From NCBI GenBank assembly GCA_047967505.1, contig CM106538.1: a DNA stretch of 64,000 bases. One strand, given 5' to 3'. Position 1 is the first letter of the stretch, and the number at the start of each line of letters is the position of its first letter. The notes under the pieces are model-generated. The model searched no databases, was not told the DNA's origin, and saw nothing but the letters and a program-made list of their open reading frames with translations. This document shows, in pieces, positions 53,501-62,510 of this stretch. This stretch comes from Dipteris shenzhenensis. Taxonomy: Eukaryota. The translations under genes and the position numbers were made by a program.

Positions 53501-55231
53501 GGCGCCCTTAAATAAGGGCCTGTGGCTGGCCAAGTCGGCCCAACCAGGGCCAACCCTGGTCGGTTTGCTAGGGCCCACGTGGTCGGCCACCAGACAGGGT
53601 ACCGACCCTGCTGATCGGTCAACTCAAGGGGCCTCGGCAGTGCCTATAAAAGGCCTACTCCTCCATTCATTCCAGCATCCAGTGCAAGACTGAAAGCCCC
53701 TCTCCACGGCTGTGTTCAGCACTCAGATCTGGAGCAGTTGGTGAGAGAGAGAGTCCATCAATATTCTCCAGCACTTTGCTGTGTTTTGTACTGCTCCCTT
53801 GGAGCTATTTTTCTGCTCACCATCTGGTGGATGAATTTACTCTCTTTCTCTCTCCGTCCATATTTATTTCTGAGAGAGTGTTTGTTGCATCTATGATCAT
53901 CTATCTGAGTTGAGTGTGTGTAAGAGTTGGAGAGATCTTGGGTGGAGGTTTGAGTGATTCATTTCCTCTTGTTTTCTAACAGTATCACTAGAAATAGAAT
54001 ATGTTTCTTTTTCGCAGACTCGTTTGCAACACTTAGTGATAGCCAAGAACATTCGATTAAGGGAGAATAGCCCCCTTATGCAATCCCTGAATTATAGCCT
54101 CTTTTTTTAATTACATCAAACAACAAGTCAACTTCGGCTCCCCGGCATACATTTGCAGAAGTTCATATTTGACAAGCTTTCGTATGATAGAGTTTAATTT
54201 ATCAAAGAAAGAAATTTAAGCGTATTATTACAAGTTTGAAACCTCACAAAATGTGAAGCCACGACATTCCATCCACCAATATGATCAAAGGCCCTCAAAC
54301 ACACACACACAAAGGACCCTATAAAGCCCCATTTAGTGCACATTAAATATAAAATCCTATGTATACTGTTTTTCATAGCAATACATGTTTAAAAGCCTCC
54401 CTTAATAGCCAAGTAAAAGCCTTAAATCTAAGTGCCACGACTTTCAAGGGCATGATCAAAAGAACCTTATGCCATGTCCTTATACCATGGCTCAAGGAAT
54501 GGAACAATGTGTTCCTGCAAGAAACTTTTAAACAAGCACCTTTAGAGAATTTGAACTCGCACCTGTACGCATCCATGAAAGAGCACACCACCTCCTAGAT
54601 AACGATTTGCAAAATCTACTTCCAAAGCACTCATTTCTTGATCTTCAATACTCCCACTTGTAAATACCTGGAATAAATCATCATTTTTGGAGACATGTTC
54701 ATTTGGCAATGCTACAACAACAAGAACTGCTTCCACAATCAACAGCATGGCAATTGCATGAAAAGAAAAGTGTGCGCCTATAGTTTTGATGCACACCTGT
54801 ATTGGACAAAGGCGAAGCAAGGAGCTCTTCCAATACTTTTCATCAGGTTCCAAAATTTGGCTAGAGGATCCGGAACTTTTTTGCCGAGGAAGCACTTTTC
54901 GTTCATATGAGACCATGCCTTCTGGCATGTGCTTGTGTATACGAAAGAAATAACGAATGATACAAAGAATTTTTTGTTCTTGTTGTGGGGCAGATTTGTG
55001 AATACCACTGCACTCGTATAAGACCAATATTAAACAGCTAGTCTGGGACAATTGCCTTCGGTGCTTTATCCTTTAGAAAACCATCATTCCCTAGTTTTTG
55101 AATCAAGAATTGGAGGAGTTCTCTCGCCTGAAAAGTCTATCAAAGTTGAAGTATGGAAGTTGAGCTTCTTCCCTGCCTTTTGATGGATAAAGGCAAAAAA
55201 ATGCACATGCTAGAATTGCTGCAACTAGCTC
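10650..55231 (-). CDS. PARG: Poly(ADP-ribose) glycohydrolase, 5'-partial spliced CDS: join(55128..55231,54797..55007,54563..54667,44951..45069,40438..40581,26263..26383,25814..26062,10907..10969,10650..10817)
   Basis: Manual splicing gives 1284 nt (427 aa + TAG) with consistent phases. Motifs are colinear with plant PARG: [10 protein letters not shown], INFD-like [112 protein letters not shown]. No upstream exon found in 55232-64000. Confidence 0.96.
10907..10969 (-). CDS. PARG: PARG exon H: [21 protein letters not shown]
   Basis: tttctttgtag|GCA ... CAG|gtgggg; 63 nt; matches the RPF-YYTFG segment of plant PARG. Confidence 0.92.
11437..15995 (-). mobile_element. Degenerate LINE (RT to CCHC), interrupted by the gag-only LTR element
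   Basis: Minus-strand remnants: FRQDRSTLGHIF and CFMDFRK (~15890-15990), LLYADDVVL (~12745-12770), VNLGKTKV (~12640-12665), EVKTEEHVLIRC (~11815-11850). Boundaries are approximate. Confidence 0.75.
12872..15703 (-). mobile_element. Gag-only Copia-type LTR retrotransposon (TR-GAG-like, 2832 bp)
   Basis: LTRs 12872-13221 and 15356-15703; TSD GATAG (12867-12871, 15704-15708); PBS TGGTATTAGAGC 15342-15353; PPT next to 13222. Broken gag at ~14410-13553 with two CCHC knuckles. No pol motifs. Confidence 0.93.
15996..17536 (+). mobile_element. Degenerate, internally deleted LINE 3' part ending in (TC)18
   Basis: YANDVVV, INLGKTKVMIFNT, KLPTKTQFYRDHFL. The 3' region is homologous to 59700-60600. AATACA is followed by (TC)18 at 17501-17536. 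Confidence 0.8.
17560..17990 (+). repeat. C-rich degenerate minisatellite (CCCCCCGCCTGCTCTCAGCC / CCACCCCTCAG / CCTACCTACAG units)
   Basis: Directly visible repeated units with many C4-C7 runs. Confidence 0.85.
18397..24062 (+). mobile_element. Two-ORF LINE (ORF1 + APE endonuclease + RT), degenerate, 3'-truncated, ORF1 split by an LTR element
   Basis: Putative ORF1 start MGKGGK at 18397. ORF1 C-terminus (IERAW...PLIIRF...EDLTPLQ) at 20840-21190. ORF2 from ~21204: WNCNG, VVDYIMGS, ADH, CFVDFRKAF, LLYTDD, YTYLG. Confidence 0.88.
19240..20837 (+). mobile_element. 5'-truncated relative of the non-coding LTR element (internal region + 3' LTR 20611-20837)
   Basis: 20020-20630 is clearly homologous to 9640-10230 (e.g. 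GTACTGTGGGAGCCAT, CTAGACCTCTGAGTTG, CTCTCACCTTGCCTTCATG-GGGG-TGTT). The 5' boundary is approximate. Confidence 0.78.
25814..26062 (-). CDS. PARG: PARG exon G: QHEFMEAA...[29 protein letters not shown]
   Basis: tgtcag|CAA ... CAG|gtttct; 249 nt. The 5' boundary lies in a variable region and is less certain. Confidence 0.9.
26263..26383 (-). CDS. PARG: PARG exon F: [17 protein letters not shown]...SYFSGLQ
   Basis: ttgcag|A GAA ACA AAC AAA GCC ... CAA|gtatgt; 121 nt; RE-NKA-CGF motif. Confidence 0.92.
26850..31640 (+). mobile_element. Degenerate L1-type ORF2 split by a Gypsy remnant
   Basis: 27300-27600 encodes GDR..FFQTTGPR...HPQEILEMT...APFT (linker between EN and RT). 30420 onward encodes TRYLGCQVG, VNQVLLAS, EGGFNIIDP..RALLDKL. 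Boundaries are approximate. Confidence 0.7.
27600..30390 (-). mobile_element. Rearranged Ty3/Gypsy remnant with a tandemly duplicated integrase core
   Basis: HGMPQSIVSDRD...SSSFHPESNGQSE...EFAYNN occurs twice (27941-28375 and 28376-28762). Probable LTR start TGTAAC at 30390. Confidence 0.8.
33247..40011 (-). mobile_element. Chromodomain-type Ty3/Gypsy element (6765 bp), internally deleted
   Basis: LTRs 33247-33690 and 39558-40011; TSD CTTGT/CTCGT; PBS TGGTATCAGAGC 39545-39556; PPT next to 33691. Gag 38713-37007, protease LVDSGSTHNF, RT (DLRSGYHQ, FFDDILIY), GPY and chromodomain (EYLIKWRG..SW) at 34054-34530. Confidence 0.95.
34739..35780. mobile_element. Non-autonomous Mutator-like DNA transposon (1042 bp) inserted in the Gypsy RT
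   Basis: Exact 9-bp TSD CAACACAAA (34730-34738, 35781-35789). Imperfect G-initiated TIRs GGGGACGAGCATTTTCCGAGC / GGGATGCGTCAATTTTACGAGC. AT-rich, non-coding. Removing it and one TSD restores KFVLVFFDDILIY. Confidence 0.88.
40438..40581 (-). CDS. PARG: PARG exon E: YGASFCFAGDYIDHKSRDLQGRRKTSIVAIDALMHPGRHQFEKAMML(R)
   Basis: ttctgcag|A ... CG|gtatgc; 144 nt. Confidence 0.95.
41550..42180 (+). mobile_element. Degenerate L1-type ORF1 remnant
   Basis: LSSIGARLGIILE and knuckle-like NCHPRRELGHLAKAC. Confidence 0.45.
42650..43250 (-). mobile_element. L1-type ORF2 fragment with a 104-bp tandem duplication (43019-43219)
   Basis: GDRMT..FLQTTGPR...HSDPQEILEMTT...EAPFTDEELWEAL, homologous to 27300-27600. 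Confidence 0.7.
43255..44625 (+). mobile_element. Degenerate Copia RT/RNase H remnant with 3' LTR (44372-44625)
   Basis: TAFFKGDLQEE, ALYGLNQ, VDDMLL, SWLSKK, ADLFTK; GGGAGG then TGTTAG...CCAACA. Confidence 0.85.
44951..45069 (-). CDS. PARG: PARG exon D: [39 protein letters not shown](G)
   Basis: tgcag|GAA ... GG|gtatga; 119 nt; catalytic EE. Confidence 0.96.
46700..47080 (-). mobile_element. Short Gypsy integrase C-terminal/chromodomain remnant
   Basis: VLSELPPMDEEG..IPERIMG parallels VMEELPPMDEEG..IPEKILG at ~34200. Confidence 0.55.
47130..47530 (-). mobile_element. L1-type ORF2 3' remnant
   Basis: VWNIWVARCSLVMG...IWQDTIY, homologous to 7240-7360. Confidence 0.55.
47940..53981 (+). mobile_element. 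Ty1/Copia element A: partial 5' LTR 47940-48249, pol 50296-53257, 3' LTR 53294-53981
   Basis: TSD GTCTC/GTATC. LWHERFGH, VHADICGP, RTDKGGEF, MDVKSAFLNG, LYVDD, DSDWAGD, DLFTKAL with a few stops and frameshifts; PPT GAGGGGGGG. Confidence 0.93.
48250..50295 (-). mobile_element. Related Copia element B (5' LTR 49596-50295, PBS, scrambled gag/pol) in opposite orientation inside element A
   Basis: Full 700-bp LTR homologous to 53294-53981 but reverse-complemented; PBS TGGTATCAGAGCC 49583-49595; gag KLDGTNY; pol fragment 48690-49137. Confidence 0.9.
54563..54667 (-). CDS. PARG: PARG exon C: [35 protein letters not shown]
   Basis: ttccag|GTA ... CAG|gtgcga; 105 nt; carries DFAN and GGG of the catalytic loop. 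Confidence 0.96.
54797..55007 (-). CDS. PARG: PARG exon B: (S)GIHKSAPQQEQKILCIIRYF...SYERK...LCPIQ
   Basis: tgcag|T ... CAG|gtgtgc; 211 nt; phase matches exon A. Confidence 0.92.
55128..55231 (-). CDS. PARG: PARG exon A (first visible): [34 protein letters not shown]
   Basis: Acceptor ttttcag|GAG; 104 nt; ends AG|gcgaga (GC donor). Not shown in this frame in the ORF track. Confidence 0.88.
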
Positions 55232-55363
55232 CTGAAAAGTTTACAACATGGGAGTGAATGAAAATAAACCATACATATAGGCACAGTGGTCTTAATCTCG
55301 CCTCCCCTGCCAGAGAAAACAAAAAACTTGAGATATCTCATTTCCTGAAACATATATATCTCA

Positions 55364-55856
55364 TTTCCTGAAACATATTGCTAAATATGTAACAAGCTGG
55401 AGAGGACTTCCACTATCATGGTTGTAATGAAGGTGACCAACGTCAATACAGAGAGCAAGCCCAAAACTCATCAAGTAAAAGCAAAACAAAAAATGAATTC
55501 ATCAGCTCCATCACACATAGCAAGAGCTAGTGACTACAATCTGCCACAAACTTATATAACACCCAAGACTGGGTGTGAATCATTACATAAAATATACTTC
55601 ACAGACCACCTTTCCTGAAACATATTGCTAAATATGTAACAAGCTGGAGAGGACTTCCACTATCATGGTTGTAATGAAGGTGACCAACGTGAATACAGAG
55701 AGCAAGCCCAAAACTCATCAAGTAAAAGCAAAACAAAAAATGAATTCATCAGCTCCATCACACATAGCAAGAGCTAGCGACTACAATCTGCCACAAACTT
55801 ATATAACACCCAAGACTGGGTGTGAATCATTACATAAAATATACTTCACAGACCAC
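55364..55856. repeat. 247-bp tandem duplication (2 copies, 2 mismatches seen)
   Basis: Units start at 55364 and 55611; preceded by a 23-bp duplication at ~55333-55378. Confidence 0.95.
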
Positions 55857-55899
55857 ATACACACACAAGCTAATAACTCTTTAAAGTTATCCATGAGTT

Positions 55900-58190
55900 A
55901 GTGTCAGCCACGCCCCCTCTTTCTCAGATAATAGCCCAAAAATGCTTTGATAAAAGCAAGGGAAGGAGCATTGGAAATCCGTGCAATTGTTGGTATGACC
56001 AGGAATGTAAAAATACAAAAAGGGCCTAGAAAACAGCAGAGACAGCTGAGAAAGAGGACAAAGCTCAAGCATACAAACAAGTGGAGAGAGGGGAAAGAGA
56101 AAGTAAATCATGACCTTTCCATCAAAGCAGCAAACAACATTATAATGGAAGAAGATGTAAGGAAGGGGCTGAAAAAGCTAGCAAATGCGAAGGCTACAGA
56201 CACACAAGGGCTAGTAGCCAATATGCTCGCGTGGGGGGAAGAGAAGACAAAGAAAATTCTCACCAAGCTTATGAATATGTCCCTAGAGGAAGGGTTTTCC
56301 TCAGAATGGCAGCTCAGTAGAATTCAACCGATCCACAAGGGAGGAGACAGCATGATGGCAAAAAACTACCGCACAACCATGGTGAGCAGCCAAATGGCCA
56401 AGCTATATGGCACTACTCTTGAGCAAAATCAGCAAATGGACAGAGACACAAGGGGTCACGGCACCATCCCAGGTAGGTTCAGTCCCAAACACTTGGCAGT
56501 GGACCATTTGATCACCATAATGGCTACAACGGAAGGAGCCAAGCATAAAAAAGAGGCAGTATTTTGTTGCTTTGTAGATTGGAAGAAAGCCTTTGACAAC
56601 AGTTCCACGCAAGAAACTATAGGAAGGACTGGAAAACTTCAAGTCCCTCACGAACTCAGAGAGTTTACATACCCTCTGTATGACAAAGTATTAGCCAAGA
56701 TAGCATAACCACTTGTGGATGGGTCATGCTCCAAAGGGAAAGCTGTCATAAGCAGTAGCATAGGTGTAAAACAAGGTTGTCCCCTCTCTTGTTGCTTTGT
56801 AGATTGGAAGAAAGCCTTTGACAACAGTTCCACGTGAGAAACTATAGGAATGACTGGAAAACTTCAAGTCCCTCGCGAACTCAAAGTGTTTACATACCCT
56901 CTATATGACAAAGTATTAGCCAAGATAGCACAACCACCTGTGGATGGGTCATGCTCCAAAGGGAAAGCTGTCATAAGCAGTAGCATATTAAACAAGGTTG
57001 TCCCCTCTCGCCAACTCTTTTTGTCTTTTTATCGATGATCTGGAAGATTGGATGAGAATACACAGAAAAGAAGGTGTCTAAAATGGCAGGGTATGCCCTA
57101 CTATTGCTTATTTACGCAGATGATGTAGTCTTCTTCGCAAAGAGCAAGCAGAAAATGCAAGCACATTTCAATACAATGGGGGACTACTACAGACACGCAG
57201 GAATGTGAGGCCAACATAGCCAAGACAAAAGTCATGGTGATTGAAATTCGCGATAAACAGATTGATGTCACTTTTGAAGGGGAGCCTTTAGAAAAAATCA
57301 ACTCATATAAATATCTAGGGCTGGAATTTGCCGACAACTACAAGTGGAATACATATGTAGAAAGAAGAATCTTGGAGGGTTTGAATGCTTTGTACACCTT
57401 CCAAAATAAGTGCAAGAAGGCACACCTATGGGGTCGGGAATACACTATGCTTGTATAGACAGTGATCCTTAATGGGTGTCCAGCATGGGCTCCTGGGCTC
57501 TCTAGACTCACTGGAAAAGCATAGAAGCTTGACATAAAAGATTTCTCGCAATGGGGGGTTAAGGCTCAGACACCCTACCTCATCCTACTGGTTGAAATCC
57601 AGTATGATATCTCTCAAAGAAGAGGCATTATGCCAATTCATGGACTACGTCAATGAAGTTGAGAAGATGGATGCCAGCAAGATACCTCACAAGGCATTGG
57701 AAGCTACACAAACCACTGGATGGCACCGAGATGGGATGAAATGGATGGAATTATGGGGTATAACAGTTGTGCTGATATACCGGAGGATGCATGTAAGATT
57801 AGGGAGTTAGTGACACGGAGGATGCTACAAAAATTAAGGCAAGACCCAGGGGCAAAAATGCAGTTCTACAAACAATAAATTAATCCAATGAACAACTATG
57901 GGATGCAAAAATGCCTTGGGGAAGACATATCAATGTTTAAAGGGTATCTAATATGCAAAATGAGAACCAGCTCACATGATCTGGAGGTGGAGAAGGGAAG
58001 GTGGGCAAGACCTAGGGTCCCAAGACAAGAAAGAAAATGTAAATTTTGCCCCACAGGGGAGGCAAAAATGAGCAGCATGTACTCCTAGGATGTCAGGCAT
58101 ATGCACACATCAGAGAAAGATATGAAGACAATAGAGGCATATACCTAGATGAATCCGAGAACATTCCCAAACTCATCCTCTAAAAACACA
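55900..58190 (+). mobile_element. Degenerate RTE-group-like LINE related to 1127-3656, with a 225-bp internal duplication (56564-57009)
   Basis: GLKKLANAKATD, IQPIHKGGD, CFVDWKKAFD, GVKQGCPLS, LIYADD, YKYLG, RTSSHDLEVEKG, RKCKFC. Confidence 0.88.
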
Positions 58191-58199
58191 ACATAGTGC

Positions 58200-60640
58200 A
58201 GTTTCAATCTCACGAGAGTCACTCATAAGATTGAAAACCATAAACTCCATCATGCATAGACATTTCACAACTTCAGAAGGAGATCACCACCTTACATACA
58301 GCCCAGGAGTGGTGGAGGCACAGATTGCTAGCATGCAGTCTGTAATCGAGGAGACATCCAATCGGTGGATGTGGGTATACAGGATCCTGCACAGATTGCT
58401 AGCATGCAGTCTGTAATCGAGGAGACGTCCAATCGGTGGATGTGGCTAAACGGGAGCCTGCAAAGGTAACCGTCATCACTTTAAGGGTCGTAGAGCAAAC
58501 GATTGAGAGGGCCTGGCGAGTAGGGAGAGACCCCAACCGAGAGCAGCCCCTAATCATACGATTCCATGATGCCCAAGCTTTAACTAGCAGCATTACATCG
58601 TAGATCGATCCTACGGGACCACCCGTCAATCTCCATGGATGAGGATTTGACATCTTTGTAGGTTGAGAGGAGGCATACCCTGATGCAGCACTGGGACTTG
58701 GCCCACAAGCAAGAAAAGTGGGCGGTGGTATGAGATGGGTGACTCCTCACAAGGCCTCGTAGAGTACCTACCCCCCCTCCCACCTAGGGGGGGCGGGGTC
58801 TATGAGACTCAGGTTACTGAGACCTTGTCCTGCATAGTTTGGAACTGTAATGGTACCTTATGGTCAGAACCAGGGAATTTCTTGGGGCCCTATACAGGCC
58901 GAGACATAGTCTTTTACACAGAGACACATCAGAGTCCAAAGTGCCCAATACCAGTTGTCAGTCGTAAACCTGGGAGACTACTTAGAGGTGAGATGAGGAA
59001 TACAGGTGGGGTACGAGGTTTAGGAGAAGTAGCAGTACTTTACAAGTCATCCCTTTTCAGGGCGATCTTGGTAGAAAGGAGAGACATGAGAGACATTCAT
59101 TCCAGATTTCTCTAGACCCAGATCCGATGTAGTGTGCTGCTTTTCGCCTGAGACTTCCCACTTTGCTCAAGATATTCAAGACGAGACTGAGACATCGCCT
59201 TATGCAGCATTATATCCAAACATTGTGGACTTATCGAGCCGCGGAGAAGTCATTCTTGTTGGGGACTTCAACGCAAGGACAAGGGTGCATCAAGTGCCAC
59301 TCCTTGATTTCAAAGATGATGCTATCTTGCGCCAGACATTAACTTGGATGACACAAGTATGTCACAAGTCTCAGCTGATTGGCAGACCCCGGTCACATCT
59401 TATGAGCATGCAGTGTTGGATTTGGGGAGGATGCATGATCTACAATGGTCCTCCTCAGGTGCTTTCACTTTCACCTGTTTCCCACATGGGGGGGGGATCT
59501 AGTGTAGTCAACAACATCATGGGATCCCCTGCCTTCGCCTCCCGTATCACTGATTTCATTGTTGCACTAGAGCAGACCACACATACCTCTCTACTCCCCG
59601 TCTTGCAGTACCGCACACACCACCAATCACTCATACCACTTTATCATGACATACACTTCAACCGCAATCTTTCACCTAACTACTCTACCCAATGACTGGC
59701 ACAGAGAGGCTTTGATACAGCATGGTATGCACGGGTGTCCACATGGTTTGATAGCCACGGTATCCAGATGGATAGGCTCCCCCCCTTTCAGTACAGCATG
59801 GATGCACCACCGGAGCTTCTTCCACATGCTAAGATTAACCGTATCATACAGTTAGACGGGAATCAAAAGTTCCCCACCAAGACCCGGTTCTACCATGACC
59901 ACTTTCTGAGGATATCGGAGCAGGCTATAAGACAGATACGAATCTCGTCCCACCAATTGCAGATTGAGGCGGCCTATTATGAGATCCGAGGACAAAACCA
60001 TTGTCTCTTTTAGGAGGGGCTCAGTTCGGACCACTCACACGACTGATACATTTCCCCGACTAGGTTTGCATTGAGCTCTACCTGATTGAGATGCGGAGAC
60101 ATAGGGATTCCCTTGTGCGGCAAGCCAGAGATCAGTTGATGCCTCAGGACAAGGAGCTAGACCGAGCACAAACACACGTCACTGATTTTTACACATCCAA
60201 GCCAGTGCCAGATGAGGTCGAGGGGGAGGAGCTCGAGGAGACGAGAGCACTATGAATTAGCAGTGAGATCTGTCACAAGGATACGGCTGGACGAGACGCG
60301 GAGACCACACATGACACGTGGGGCGACCAGAGCATGCACGATTGAGGTCCAACCTATCTCAGCCTTCCTCCGAGGGGACCGCTAGAGACAAGGCATTACT
60401 CTCGATGTAGCCCACCAGATACAGAGATCCAGGAGAGTGCGCCCCCTGCCACTGCGGGAGACAGCCCGACAAACACAGATACCTAAGCTCTTTGCATCAC
60501 ATCACAAGGCCATCAGGGAGCCAGGTTATATGGAGCCTGCACATGTACTTGGAGCTCTAGCTCTGAGCAGTACTTGATTGCTCTTTTTCCTACTATTTTG
60601 TACTAGCTTTTTGCATTCTTAGCACTTAATACTCTTGATG
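58200..60640 (+). mobile_element. Internally deleted copy of the two-ORF LINE family (ORF1 end, endonuclease, 3' end; RT missing)
   Basis: Homologous to 20840-22120 (WNCNGTLWSE, DIVFYTETHQ, VGDFNART), then jumps at ~59695 to the MDRLPPFQYSMDAP region. Confidence 0.82.
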
Positions 60641-60659
60641 TAGCCCACCGGATACAAAG

Positions 60660-61851
60660 TGGGCCCGTGTGGAGCGGCTACACGTTCTCATGTTATCACG
60701 GATGATTCGTGGTAAGCCATCCGTTTCTCATCAAATCATTCAGGCTGAGTTTGGGTCACCCCCTTTACAGCTAGATGCCGCATTTCACGTCATCACGTAC
60801 CTGTACCGAGTTAGGGAATATGGGGATTACACCTCGGGACGTAGCAGGCTACCATGCATAGCTCTATCCTCTTCTATGGCACTTGCAACAGGAGGGGACC
60901 AGAGGTATTGGTATGCACGTACAGAGAGATGGTTTGAGCGACTGGGGCTTCACATGGACAGACTACCTCCCTTCCAGTACAGCATGGATGCTCCGTTCTC
61001 TCCCCTCCTATCACACGAGGTCAACCAGGTTATTCGTGAGGATCTACTACAGCTACACACATTTCGGACCTGGTTGGGACCGAGTGAACTCCCAGTGTAG
61101 CTTAGCTTCTACAAAGATCACTTCTTACATATCACAGCAAAGGGTTTCATTGACCCACCAGGATACACGCAGATCCACCTACCCCCCTCGCTAAGGGTCT
61201 CTCTTGGGCAGCTACGGGTCTCTTCACACAGACTTCGCATCGAGAGCGACAAAGCAGAGCAACTACCCAGGGAGAGGCGCATATGCACACTGTGTGACAT
61301 GCAGGAGGTTGAGACAGAGGAGCATTTCATCTTCAGGTGTCCTGTTTACTATGAGATCCGAGAGCGTTTCCATTGCCTCTTCAGGGATAGCTATGGGATT
61401 TTGGCCCGTTTCCTCTCCTACCCGGACCAGCGGTGTTTGGCAGGTTTCATTCATGAGGCACTTAGACACCGCAAGAGGATACTCCGAGCACGAAGACAGG
61501 AGCAAACTTCTTCCTCGGCTGATCCCTCTCAGAGCTCTATCACGGAGTTCTTTCAGCTAGATCACATGGACCCCCACGAGACGAGGCCTTGACATGACCG
61601 TGACCCGAAGCCTATGACCCGATAGCTCAGATAGAGGGTCGAAACACAGATCACACTTCGGGACATCCCCTCCTTGTTTCGAGTCGGAGCCCGACCGACG
61701 CAAGTCACAATAGCCCTGGTCAGATGCAGAGCTACAACCAGGAGACGTGCCAGGACCGCACCTCTGAGTGGCCGATAGCACTCTATTGCCGAATTCATGC
61801 CTCCATTGCCCCATCCATCCTGATATCTTGCTGCCATTGATGATGATGATG
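60660..61851 (+). mobile_element. LINE 3' end with CCHC and (TGA)n tail
   Basis: Continues the sequence of 23820-24060; RICTLCDMQEVETEEHFIFRCPVY; TGATGATGATGATG at 61838-61851. Confidence 0.85.
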
Positions 61852-61899
61852 CTGAGATTGATATATAGTCAACCATGGACATGACTATGTTATACTTAG

Positions 61900-62510
61900 G
61901 ACTTAGTACTGCCTGCCTTACTCACTTGACACGAAAAACGTGTCACATATTCATGAATTGTTTTTTCATTTTCGGCCAAAAAAAATCTCGTTTCACGAGA
62001 TCATACGTCTTCTCGACTCCTAGATGTCCTACACATGGGCTAACATGGCATTGTTATCATGGCACTGTTAAATGACTCTCTGCCTGAGATCCTTCTGATT
62101 AGGTACTACTACCTTGCCATTTCTTTTCAGCATACCATCCCTTATGGTATATCTTGTATAAGTTTGGCCTTTTCTGGATGCTAGGCCACCCTATTCCCCG
62201 GGTTTGAGCATATGAGCCTTAGGCCAAAGGCTCTAAACGAACTCATCCACCTTTTGAGTTTCTCTAATCTCGGCCATTAAAGCACTCTCTAATACCGTGA
62301 AACTCATATTATGCATAATGTGTGACAACACATCAGCAACTTTATTATCCTTCTCTCTTCGGTACCGAATCGTCATATTAAACTCCAGCATGAGTTCTGC
62401 TCACCTAGCTTGGCGGTCTCTCAAGTTAGGTTGTTTACAGAAATGTTTCAGAGTATCATGATCAACATCAACATAAAACTATGATCCATACAAATAATGT
62501 CTCCATGTTT
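61900..62510 (-). mobile_element. Gypsy RNase H / integrase zinc-finger remnant
   Basis: HDTLKHF...RQAR..LEFNMTIRYRREKDNKVADVLS and GHLGVEKTYDLVKRDFFWPKMK. Confidence 0.75.

Noticed and set aside
55275..55306. Micro-exon or alternative acceptor upstream of exon A
   Set aside because: It would leave a 43-nt intron. As an extension of exon A it contains an in-frame TAA. It does not resemble the expected upstream PARG sequence.
55418..55901. Two nearly identical small ORFs suggesting a peptide gene pair
   Set aside because: They simply reflect the 247-bp intronic duplication and are antisense to PARG, with no coding hallmarks.
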